64,000 bases of DNA from Kondoa subrosea (lineage: Eukaryota). The notes beneath the pieces were generated by a model, which did not search any database, was not told the DNA's origin, and was given only the letters and a program-made list of their open reading frames with translations. The position numbers were made by a program, and so were the translations under genes. The stretch spans positions 920,925 through 984,924 of the forward strand of contig BCIN01000004.1 in NCBI GenBank assembly GCA_039545335.1, read 5' to 3'. Of this stretch, positions 52,903 to 64,000 are shown one piece after another; position 1 is the first letter of the stretch; each line of letters opens with the position of its first letter.

Positions 52903-53681
52903 CTCTGACTGACGCCCAAACCTCGCTTCGCACTTTATTCTGAATTCAGATTGTTTGCTCTTGTGCAGACACTTGGGTATATCAATCGCGGGCGTTCCGC
53001 GGCCCGTCGACGTTTTCCTCCTCAGTTGCGTCCTTGCTGCTGCGCCCAAGAAACAACGATTGGTTGACACGAAGCAAGCTTGGATTTTTGGGCAGAGGCC
53101 ATTTTATGCATCGGACTCATATATGGATTCGAGAAAGTATTATGTCCAGGCTTTCGGAGACGTTGAAGCTACGCATGAACTATTCGTGCTGCTGACTAAT
53201 GGGCTCTTTTCGAAAACTCGAAAGATCTTCTTTTCACCCCTTGAAGCTTGAAGTGCCATGTCGAGTACAACTCCCTTTCTCGCAAGCCTGAAAGCGAAGC
53301 CATCAGTCTGCTCTGTTCCATCTCGTACAACCTGTCTAAAGCCAAATCGAAGTCTGATGGTGGAGCTCAATTCAATTGTAATTGGCCGAAAACAAACCGT
53401 TATGATACTCTTCTTCTTCAGATCGCACATGTAGTGCTGTCCAAGCTGCTGGATCACATGAGGCCTTAGCGCTAAGAATTCGATGGAAAGCACAGGACTT
53501 TGTGTTTCGAAAGGCGATGCCCGTAGCGTGTGCCATCTAGCCTCGTATTAACACGCAAGTGCGGCACTGTCAATTCGGTGTGCTCGGTCAGCTTTGCTGT
53601 TCTGCTTTCCCTCTTCCCTCGTCGAGCATTTGCCATTACCTCGTTTCCCTGATCGGTGTTCTGCTGACTCACATTCAAAAC

Positions 53682-55055
53682 ATGTCTGCGTTACCGTCAG
53701 TCGCTCGTTTCTTTGTCTGATCAACACTGACAGCTTCCGCTCCAGATGGATTTTTGATGAAGAGCAACAAGCTGGAACACTGCAGCAACAGCATCCCGCT
53801 GTGAATAATAATCCTTTCAATCAACTTTTCCACAGCTACAATTTTCCTGAGCCTCCAATAGCTAGCGGAAGTTCTACTCTAGCTTACATGCTTCAGCCAG
53901 AGGAACAAGCCTTGAATATCCCTCTACCTCCATCTCTTTCCTCTTCCTCGCTGTATTCTTTTGCTGCTGAAGCTCGCCCTGATGACAATGAAGCGAAGGA
54001 TAACGGCAAAAGAACCAGCAAGGAAAGCAAAGGCAAGAAAGCTAAGAAGAGACGAAGTGAAAGTTACGAAGAAGAGGACGATCAGACTGGGAGTCAAGGT
54101 GAGTCTCCGCCAATTACGCTGCAAGATTTATCTGAAAACAGTCTTTTGTGCTAGGCGATCATATCCTGTCTATCGAGGCTAGACGCAAGAAGCAGAATAG
54201 AGACTCGCAACGAGCTTTCAGGGCAAGGAAGGATCAATATGCAAAGAAGCTTGAAGGAGAAATCGCTCAGCTCCAGGAAGAGAACAAGAGTCTTCAAGAT
54301 ACGGTTTCTGGACTTCAAAAGGAGAATGCTCGATTGGCCCAATTTAAAGGAGCCCAATTTACTTTTTCTGCTCCATTTCAAGGTTCCACACCACAGAGTG
54401 CTGGTGATCTCCCGTCTACCAACTCCCTATTCAGTCAGTCGCCCGCTCAGAGTAATCAGTTGGACTTTCCGGCCTCAGGGGATCAATTGCTGTGGCAGGA
54501 AACAAGCCCTAATTCTTTCTCTACCGGAATCGCCGATCTATCCCTCTTCCAGCCTGCGCAATTTCTCTCGCTTGCGTCGACCTCCAGTACTACCTACCCT
54601 TCAATCTCTGCAAACAATCTGACAACACAGCCTGATCAAACGAATCGCCTGTTGAACTTACTCAAATCTATGAAACGAGCCGAAGAATGGGATGTTGAGC
54701 TCTTCTGCGCCGAAATGGAGTCTAGGAGCTGCTCGGAAGTGAGTCTCATCTTTCAATCTTCGTCATCCTTGAGAACTCCTCGATTGATGAAGCATATTCT
54801 TTTCCCCTTGCAGATTGTCGAAGCTTATGCCCTGGATTTCGTAGCCAAAAACAAGAGCTTCACCAATATGCTTCATCATATACTCCAGCTTTACAGCAAG
54901 TCTTGATTTAGCTCGTTCCGCTTTATGCTTTGCTAACATTTGAATTGCCTGTAGGTGTCGACTGCGACTTCTACGGGAAGTACAACCTCGCTCGAAGATT
55001 TCAAACTGCAGCTGCACCAGTAGCCAGCAACTCTATACTTCCGATCGATGAATGA
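53682..55055 (+). CDS. AP-1-like (Yap1/Pap1-type) bZIP transcription factor, copy B
   Basis: First exon MSALP|W, basic region RRKKQNRDSQRAFRARK plus zipper, FTF motif, and C-terminal WDVELFCAEMESRSCSE similar to Yap1 DVDGLCSELMAKAKCSE. Final GC-AG intron 54896-54954. Confidence 0.88.
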
Positions 55056-55259
55056 TGGTCTCGACAATTCAACTTCGCCATATCACTTGCATAGCAACTG
55101 AAATTCATCAAGAGGACATTCTTCCAGATATATTGACCATGTAAACAGAGCCTTGAGCGGACACTACTGAGCATCGCATAGAATATTCATAGCATGATTG
55201 GCCCTTGACTAGTTGACTCTTCACATGCGCATGTTGATTCTCTGTTGTTACAATCCACC

Positions 55260-56247
55260 ATGTCTACAATAGATAATGCTGTTACATTCTTACGAGATCC
55301 GAACGTACAATCAGCGCCTCAAGACAAGAAGCTAGCTTTCCTTCAAGCTAAAGGACTGTCACAAACTGAGATTGATGAAGCTTTGCGATTGGCTGCTCTG
55401 CCCACATACACTCCTCCTCAACCACTAAGTAATGCTACAAACTACAGAACACAAGCGGCTCAGCAGCAATATGCTCGAGATTGGCGAGATTGGTTTATTA
55501 TGACTATCGTTGGTGGAAGTGTAGCTTGGGTAGCTGCTTCTCTAGCAAGGGTAGGCTTATCCATACTATACTGTGTACTCGATCTGAAAGCTATGACGCT
55601 ACAGAAATACCTGTTCCCTGCTCTGCAACCGCCGACGGAATCTCAACTGCAACAGGCCCAGGATGCCTTGACAGCCAAGTACGACGAAGCGGCTGCGATA
55701 CTGGCACAGCTACAGGCTGACTCTCAAGAACTCAAACAGAGTATGTCGGTACAGCAAGAGAAAGTCGAAGAAGGATTAGGTGCTGTAAGGGAAGCGGTGA
55801 AAGAAATGCGAACAGCGGACCAAGAGAGGAGCGAGATGGTCAAGACGTGTAAAGAAGAGATTGATGCTATCAAGGAAATGCTGCCGAAGGTCAGTCTTCG
55901 AATTCGTTTTCGTGCTTCATGGTCGCTAATCGTGATTGCAGATGATGGAAAAGAACAAGGAAGCACAGACAATATCACTAGGGGAACTGCAGCAAGAACT
56001 CAAGTCATTAAAATCGCTAATGGCAGCTCGTCCAAACGGTCCTTTACCTTCTACAACTACTTCTTCCTATACCAGTCCAGGTCGCTTTGGTATATCGTCC
56101 CCTTCATCCTCTGGGACATTACCGCCTTTGCAACCTGGTATTCCAGCATGGCAAAGAACTGCTTCTTCCTCAGCTGATATCTCGCGATCTTCAACGCCGA
56201 TAAATGGTCAGGAAGCAAAGACTGCTGAATCCGCTTTGAGTTCGTAG
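55260..56247 (+). CDS. PEX14: Peroxisomal docking protein Pex14
   Basis: IDNAVTFLRDPNVQSAP..KKLAFLQAKGLS..EID.AL, RDWRDWFIM, coiled coil, ELKSLKSL, GIPAWQ. Confidence 0.95.
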
Positions 56248-56376
56248 CATATATATTGATAACAACTAATCTGCACTGTCCATGTACACCAATGCACACT
56301 TTGTAAAGTATATATCTGCACAGTTTCCCCTTCTACATCTTTCCTCTTGAATCTTAATTTCACAACATTTTTCTCA

Positions 56377-57293
56377 TCACAGCGGCGGATCCCCTCTTGC
56401 AATAGCTTCTTCCCTCTCTCTTTCTCTCCGTCTAGCTTCCTCAGGATGTATGAACTCTTCTTCATATTCCGCAGCTTCCACAGCTCTGGCAGTTTCCGCT
56501 TCCCGATCTCTTTCACTCATCTCTACCGTGCCTTCCCCTGCAGGAGTCAACATACCAGGATCATCGTATTTCGGCGGTGCTGGTACTGCAGTACCTAAAG
56601 GGAAATCTTCTTCTGTTCCTGTTCGACGACTACTAGAGGAGCCTGAAGGTTGAGAAGATCTGAAATGCAAAGCAGCTGGTAATGCTGGTAAATGGAAGTG
56701 GAAGTGACTGTGCTGCTCAATCGGCGTATTGGAAGAGGGAGGCTGAGTTTGATTCGAAGGAGGTGGTGGATATGAAGGCATATTCCATTGTAAAGAATAA
56801 CTTGGTAGGCCGAAAGCTTGACTTCTCGATTCTCCATACGTAGGAAGACCTTGAGCCTGTTGTTTACACTGAGCAAGTATTCCAGCTAATACAATGAGAA
56901 CGTACTTCACCGCGTCTTTCTGCATCTGCTCTTTCTCGAGCTACTCTCTGCGCAGCCAATCGAGATGACCGCCTTCGTAAGATGTAATAGCTGTTGATCA
57001 GAGACAGTGAGCTTGCTTTGATCGAAGGAGCGAGACATTCGACTGACCGAACACCAATCGTCAAGAGTATGCATGAAAAGATGCCCAGTGCTCTGCAAGG
57101 CTGCAATCAGAGCAATTCCGTTCGATTGGGAAGGACAGGAAGTACACTGCACCATAGTACAAGCTGAACAAACTCTTCGATTAGCAAACAGCTATAAATG
57201 GATTGCGAGAACATACGTCGGAGAAGCTGAAATATTGTTGTTGGCATCTGAGCCAGTAGAAGCGGTACTCTGCGCTTGACTGGTTGTACTCAT
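56377..57293 (-). CDS. Single-pass membrane protein with LPxY/PPxY motifs, tandem paralog 1
   Basis: Ser/Thr-rich N-terminus, TM ALGIFSCILLTIGV, basic stop-transfer LRRR, then LPTY, LPSY, PPKY. Ends EEEFIHPEEARRR...AIARGDPPL*. Start may be 57317. Confidence 0.75.
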
Positions 57294-57592
57294 CTGCTGT
57301 TGCTTGATATTGGTCATTGATAAATTGCATGAACTTGCTCGCTGACCTGTCGTCGACGCAAAGGAGCAGTTGGACTTGCGCAACCCAGTCTACTAGATGA
57401 CTGCCTAACACAAGGCAAGCCAAAAGTATTTCGCCCACGGGGATATGAGGCGATCCTTTGGAGAAAAGAAAGAATGTCTCGGCGATTCTTGTGTTATGCA
57501 AAGGCCTCGAATAGTTTATCGGTGTCACCCTTTTGAAAGCAGAGAATCTTTAAACCCCTCTATTTTACATTCATAGTACTACTCTAAAGATA

Positions 57593-58545
57593 TTACAATG
57601 GAGGATCTCCTCTAGCGATCGCGGCGTCGCGATCCAGTTGTCTTCGACGCATCTCTTCAGGATGTATGAACTCTTCCTCATACTGCGCTTCCTCTACAGC
57701 TCTTGTTGTCTCTGCCCTAGTCTGCGGTACTTCACTCGTTTCTTCCATAATCGTACTACTTCCCGTGACATTTGATGATGCTGGTGCTAGAGGAGGAGGA
57801 GGAGTATCATATTTTGGAGGACCAGTCTCGTAGACTGGCGGTGCAGGAGGGAAAGTATGCGGTGTATCTGCTGCAGCGTGTCTGAGGTGAAGTGCAGCTG
57901 GGAAAGACGGAAGATGGAAGTGCCAATGTTGCTGTGCAGGAGCAGTATTGTCTTCAGTTGAAATAGGAGGAGTATGATAGGTGATACTGTATGTCGGTAA
58001 ATGGGGGGCTTGCCCTCGGCTTTGAGAATAGGTAGGCAGGCCATTTCCCTGGAAGGCGATAGTGAGAAAACAAATAGGACAAACGCACAGCGTGACTAAC
58101 CTCTCCTCTTCGCTCTAGATCAGCGCGCTCTGTTGCTAACCGCAATCGCGCAGCTCGCATATTTCGTTTCCGTACTAATAGCCATCTTACCCGCAGATGT
58201 AAGCCCAAGGAAGCTGTGCACAAGTACAGAGTGACAAACCTTATCAACACGCCAAACAAGACTAAGCAGAACAATCCCAATGCAGCAGCGCCGCTAGACG
58301 AATTGTCGATCCCGTAATTAGAGACGATTTCGCAGAATCAAGGTGAGAGCGTACTAGTAGAGAGCTAGCATCACTGTCAGCATAGCACAACGAGCTGAGT
58401 CAAAGCAAAGCTTACTGGGACCAGGACCATCCATAAGACGTTGAGCTATTGACCCACTTGTTTGAGACGAGCTGCTTGCAGAGCTGCTACCGGTTGGCGT
58501 TTCTGTCCTGACGCCAACAGGCAGTACAAAGCTTGTTCCAGACAT
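57593..58545 (-). CDS. Single-pass membrane protein with LPxY/PPxY motifs, tandem paralog 2
   Basis: Ser/Thr-rich N-terminus, TM ALGLFCLVLFGVLI, ERADLERRGE| intron, LPTY twice, PPVY, PPKY. Ends EEEFIHPEEMRRR...AIARGDPPL* at 57593. Confidence 0.75.
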
Positions 58546-58731
58546 GTAATTCGTTGCTTGGGATAGACGTGTATCGATACTATCGAAAATCAAGTGGCAT
58601 GATCTATCATCGGCCGAGAGTATGGTGCTCTGTCTACCCTCTTCCCCTTGCTGCCAATCACACTTGATGTTCTGGATAAGCCCAAGTACGAGTGCCTACC
58701 GACCTACTCGAAGCTCTGACTGCATCAAGAT

Positions 58732-59667
58732 TTACCAATCCTCTCCCTTCTGAGCGCCCGTCACATTTCGATTCTTGTTCTGCACACCCTCATCTTGATA
58801 ATCTTCCAGCATCTCTAGATAACTTGGTGACTCTTCTTCCTCTGCATTGACTTTCTTCATTGGAACGGTGGGCGATTCTTCGTAGCTTGGAACAGGTTTG
58901 GACTTGCTGGCTCCAGCGCGCAAAGCAGAAAGCGGAACAAGAGGTTTAGCTGGCGATTGGGTTCCAACAGAATCTCTAGCTTTCGGTGTCGCTGCTGTAG
59001 TAGCCTTGGGGGTTTCAAGCTTCTTCGGCGGCAGAGGCAGACCAAGATTACCGAAAAACGTACGCGGCGGGAGCTGCAAACAAAGATTGAGCTTAAATCG
59101 ATTCCTCCAGCTCAGACTTACTACTGAATCAGCGTCATCGGCATGATCGACCTGCCTCTCTTGCCCTAGATCATCGATATCGCTTTCCATCTCTGTTCTT
59201 TCTGCAGGAACTTTTCTTGATCGCCTGCCATTCTCCAATTCTCCTTCTCGAGCTCTTTCTGGTTGTAGCCAGCTAGAAACCATTTCTCCATCCCTTTCTC
59301 TGCCTTCTTCTGTTAATCGTAAGCGTTCCGCTTCTTTGAACTCTAACTCTCGTATGGTTTCTTTTCGATTGATACAAAGACATCCTCCTAAGCGCCATAG
59401 CATTCCAGAGCAGCCGAAACTTTGCCTACGAAGCGCTGGAACTCGCAATGTCAAGATACATAAGACAAAGATGAATTCTAGAATGATGGCTCCAAGGACA
59501 TTTATCCTATGTTACAGAGTCACTGAGTATGAGTACCGAAAAAGAGTGGAACATACGCACGTCAAGAGCAAGGCGAAGCCGACCTGATCAATTACCAGCA
59601 AGCGCCTAAGAGTGACTTGTTCCGAATTCACAAACAGGTCTTGCATCTGGCCGAGAGCGTTTCCCAT
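58732..59667 (-). CDS. Hypothetical membrane protein with charged cytoplasmic tail
   Basis: MGNALG...VGFALLLT|INVLGAIILEFIFVLCILTLRVP joins the 240-codon ORF 58732-59454. A further short 3' exon is possible. Confidence 0.55.
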
Positions 59668-59990
59668 CTCGGACACCTAATAGCTACAGAGTACATCGTT
59701 GTAAGCAGTAGATAGGCAGAGGAGGAATAATCAGACTATTCAGAAGCGCTCTTCTGTTCGTTTCCCTTTGTCATTCCAGCGAATAAGAAAATACAGGGCA
59801 GCAGAAGAAATACGGTAGGGGATAGGAAGAAGATCATGATGGTATACCTGCTATGCAATTAGTCGAATCTATTATACATTTTGTTTCTTTTGTCATTTTT
59901 GAACCCTTGAATACAGCATCAATCGTATGTCATCAGAGACTGTAAGGGATACACACCTAATACAGACGACCCAGACATTCTGCTTCGAGC

Positions 59991-62900
59991 TCAATATGCC
60001 ATCAAGCTGTCTTGCTCAGGACTATAGTCGTAGTCGATCTGTTCTGGATTTTGATGAGGTCGGAATCCACCTCTGCCTCTACCTCTTCCGCGACCACGTC
60101 CACGTCCACGTGATCGATTGGAATGGCTCATAGTTGGTTCTGGCTCTGGTAAGTTATCGCCAACGAAATTGCGCTCATTCAGAATAGGAACAGATCCAGA
60201 GTGATCGGACGGGAAAGAAGGTTCGGCCGTATGATGAGACTTGCCTCTTCTTGACGATCTAGGAGCTGATGGTCGATGCGCCGAGCTAGGAGGTAAGCGA
60301 ACAGAAGCATCGGCATCGTCTTCTACGAACGAACGTGCTGTTGCATTATTGACATCGCTCTTGGGCAGGATATTCTTGAAAGACGTAGGGGCAAATAGAC
60401 CAGAACTGGTTCGCTTATATGCCCAATCACCCCTAGCATTTGCTTTTCGCTCGAGGGTGTTTCTACCTTTCGGACCTGAAGGCACATTCTCTTTTTGAGC
60501 TGAAGAGGGTGGCTGAGCCGGTATAACGTCGGAGCGATCTTGCGAGATAGCGGTTGAAGGAATTTCAGGTTTCGATTCATACAGAAATGTTTCGGCCGAT
60601 GGACGATCATCTGTAGTGGCTCGAGAAGCTCCTCTTGAACCTCTTCCTCGTTTACTACCTCTCCCGCGGGAGGATCTGTCTTCCGTAGCCGTTGCTGATA
60701 CAAGTGGCACTTGTTTCTTCTTAGCTACTCCAAGACCTTCAGCAGATGTGACAGACGAGGCTTCATCCCCTAAATGGAAGAGATGATCTGAGGAAGCTGA
60801 AGTCGAAGTGGACAAAGATTCGTAAAAGACAGTATTGATAGGTGCAGGCTGAGATGGCTTGCTCTGCTGTTCTTGGTGTACATTGCTATTGGATTTAGAT
60901 AGAGCAGAAGGTTGAGAAGTGCGGACGGAGAAATTAGACGACAGCTGAACTTCAGGCATAGATTCTGATCTTGCATGACGAGAAGCTTTTGGTAGTACAG
61001 GGTAGGTATCTTGATGAATGGGTGGAGGAACGAAAGGTGAAGGTACAGTAGGGGCTGAAAGAGGTGAAGAAGCCACTGCTTCTAATTGCGACAGAGCAGG
61101 AAAATCTGAAGCATTCGGTAGTTTCGACATCTCCGCACTTTCAGCTGCCATTGAGCGAAACTTGCTTTTGGAGTGAGAGGGATGTACTGCACTGTCTCTG
61201 GGAGTAGATACAGGAGCTTTCCTTGGCTGAGGTTCGACTGCTGGTGTGGAATCATACAGACCAGGTGGAAAGACAGGAGCTGTTTGAGCCAGATCATCGT
61301 CATCCTGGGCTGGAGGTTGCTGGACGGTAGATGGAGGGTTGGTCTTGACATGTTCTGCCTTCCCTTTGGCCTGTTTCGAGGCAGGCACAGGTTTAGGTCT
61401 TTGCTGCTGTACTGGGGCAAGAGTCTCTGTCAAAGCTTGATTGATCTTTGGCTGAGTTTGCTCTTCAGATTGTATAGTGGATTTAGCAGATTTAGGTTCA
61501 GCAGGCTTCGAAGTTTGCTGAACAGGAACTGAAGCAGACGGTATTGTGCTAGGCTGAGATGCGCTCGATTGCGGAATAGATGCTGTTTTCTTCTGATGAG
61601 ATTCCGTTGAAGCAGGTTTGGGCTTCGGTTGCGCAATGGAGGCCGCAGAAGATTTAGGTGGTGATGGCTCTGTCTTGATTGGTAAATGAGCTTTTGGCGC
61701 TAAGGGCAAAGATGGATCACTATAGGATGCTTTCACATCGAGAGGTGTCTTTGCAGAAGAAGGCTGAAGCGCCGGATTGGCTGATACTTCCTGCACGGGA
61801 GATTTGACAGGTGACACTTTTGTTGCTGTTGGAACTACAAGTGGAGCTGCTCGAGAAGGAATGGAAGCACTCAAGCTGCCTTTCTTGTTGCCTGATTGAG
61901 ATTGGGGTTCAGGTGGAAAAGAGGGAGGAGCTGCTGCTTTAGCTGGTTTTGACTTAGGTTTCTGTTGGTGGGTGACAGGTGGTGCAGCGGGCTTCTCTGC
62001 CGCCGCAGCTTTCGAAGTAGGTTTTGGCTCCTCCACGGTAAACTACAGTACTGTTCAGCCTGCTAAGTAATAACACCAGAGAACAGCCTTACATGCAGAA
62101 GGAAATGAGCAGCTAAATCTAGAGCACCACCAGAAGCGGCCAGCGCCTTGATGACTTGATCGTGATTGAAGCCCATAGACATGAGCTGATCGATAATTTG
62201 CTCTTGCGTTTGTGCTGGAGTTTCCACAGCTTTTGGTTTAGCTTCAGCTTTCTTTTGCTCTGGTACTTTGGATGAAGACACGGCAGTAGGCTTGATACCA
62301 GTAGCGGCAGATGGCTTCGCTTCGCCATTGGCTCGTTTTGTAAGACCAGCTTGAGTAACGAGATCAATAGCTTCGCGTTTGCCAGACTGCTCTACTAATT
62401 GAATGAAGGAAGTGTTGGCAGAGGGAGGGACTCGAGTTGCTTCGACGTTGTAATCTTCCGAAGGGGAATACTCGGAAAGGAAGTACCGAATCAGCTCAGT
62501 ATGACCTTGTTTCAGAGCATGATGGAAAGCCGTGTAACCTTTGGCGTCACGCTCTTCGTGTTGTGCACCTGGAGCCAGCAGTCAGTTTCTGTAAGCGCGG
62601 TCGAAGAGTATACTGACCGTGATCCAGCATCCAAACTACTGCTTCCAGGTCGCCCTTTTTAGCAGCCAGATGCAACAAAGTATCCTTATCGGCTCCAGAA
62701 GAGTCTTCAGGACCAACAGGATCTACCTCATCTTCCCAAATCGCTTTGCGCACATCTGCAAATTTTCCCGCTCTAGCAGCTTTGAAAGCCGCAGCTCTTT
62801 TCTTTAGACGAGCCGCTTTTCGATCTTCTGCTTTCGCTGTAGCAGCTTTAGCAGCTTTCTGCTTATCATTGGCTTCCTTCTTCTTCTTGTCCGCTTTCCT

Positions 62901-63964
62901 CTTTGCTGCTTCTATCCTAGCTTCAGCTTCTTCTTGAGCTAACAATTCCGCTCGAGCTTTCTTAGCTGCTGCTTCCTTTTGTCGACGAAATTCATCAGCT
63001 TCTCTTTCGGCTTTCAGACGAGCTGCTTTTTCAGATGCGGTTTCTTGCGGTGCTCTTCTGAAAGAATAGGGTTCATCATCCGGTTCTCTACCATACGATG
63101 CTATTTATACTTGTCGTAAGACGCTTCGCTTGTCACTAAAGGAACACAAAGGCTCACAAGAACTTGAAAACATGAATGGCATAGCCATGGAAGGAAGAGA
63201 AAAGATAGATGGGAAACCTCCTCCGCCTCGCATAGCTCTACTTGATCGACTTCTTTGGTATGCGCGCTGGCGAGCTTCCTCTCGAAGTAATTGCTCGACT
63301 GTCGACCCAACAACCCGAGCAATGAGTGTCTCATTGATTATTTACTGTGCTGCGGTACTGACCAAATACATTGAACATGAAGTTCGCTTGATCAGCTACA
63401 CGAGATAACTCTTAGCAGGCATTCTAAACATACAGATCAGCGACAAACATACCTTCATCTTCGAAATCGAAATCAAAATCAGGGTAATCCTCGTCATCGC
63501 TATCAAAGTCTGAATCTTCATCTTCGTCACTGGATTCAGGTTGATACCTATTTGGATGTCTATGGGAGTGGGAAGCGAATGGATTCGTTCCTCTGCTTGT
63601 GCTGGCTTTGCCTTTGCCTTTAGCTGCTGATTCCTTGTTAGCTTTTTGTTTCAAGTAAGCTTCAACAGTGGCTATTGCTGCTCCTAAACGCTGGAATTGA
63701 GCTGTCGCATCTGCGTTTCCAATGTTTCGATCAGGGTGAACTTTGAGATTTCCAAGTGTGAGCACAAGAGTGACAGCGAGTGCACAACGTAAGGACACAC
63801 CTTGTAGAGCACGTTTCTTGTAAGAAGCCTTAGACACCTCAAGCGTAGAACCCTAATCAGCATGGGATTTCAGCTTTCGTGATCTGTTCGAAGTTGAATG
63901 CATGAGCTAGACGGACATGAGGCACTTCGAGCTCAAGGTAGGCTTCTTTCACAGTCAATTTCAT
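59991..63964 (-). CDS. J-domain (DnaJ) protein with ankyrin repeats, UBA domain and long disordered RG-tailed C-terminus
   Basis: MKLTVKEAYLELEV...SYKKRAL.VHPDRN (HPD). Ankyrins TLLHLAAKKGDLEAVVWML and GYTAFHHALKQGHTELIRYFL. UBA IDQLMSMGFNHDQVIKALAASGGALDLAAHFL. Exons join in frame. Confidence 0.85.
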
Positions 63965-64000
63965 TCCTCTAGGAGATATCAATGAAGGGGTATCACAGCA

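Noticed and set aside
34324..55055. Mating-type locus interpretation of the inverted module
   Set aside because: No homeodomain, STE3-like receptor or CAAX pheromone precursor was recognised in the window.
60064..60112. Hexamer-like repeats (CCTCTG/CCACGT)
   Set aside because: They simply encode the RG dipeptide tail of the J-domain protein.

Overview
Gene-dense, intron-rich fungal DNA. The short GT-AG introns with CTRAC/CTAAT branch sites, the microexons and the gene set fit a basidiomycete, possibly Pucciniomycotina (inference). About 27 protein-coding loci are supported. Recognisable ones: the 3' end of an acidic ribosomal P protein, a SAM methyltransferase, a SnoaL-like protein, APN1, a Utp8/NOL11-like protein, FAR11, two MFS transporters, a class I CPD photolyase, a LIMK/TESK-like kinase, an MSS116-like DEAD-box helicase, RanGAP, a secreted copper amine oxidase, a nucleotide-sugar transporter, a GDS1-like protein, PEX14 and a J-domain/ankyrin/UBA protein. 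The most unusual structure is a two-gene module, a Yap1/Pap1-like bZIP plus a divergent small multi-pass membrane gene. It occurs twice, in inverted orientation (34.3-36.9 kb and 52.3-55.1 kb). The two bZIPs are anciently diverged, but a ~330 bp stretch of the membrane gene is nearly identical between copies, and the second copy is a pseudogene. Other points of interest: a structured in-frame intron in the amine oxidase, a long frame broken by one TAG, a multiply spliced ORF-less antisense unit next to the Utp8-like gene, tandem PPxY membrane paralogs, and a microexon-built Cys-rich protein. No tRNA, rRNA, CRISPR array or transposon was recognised. All gene models were assembled by eye, so exon boundaries need confirmation.
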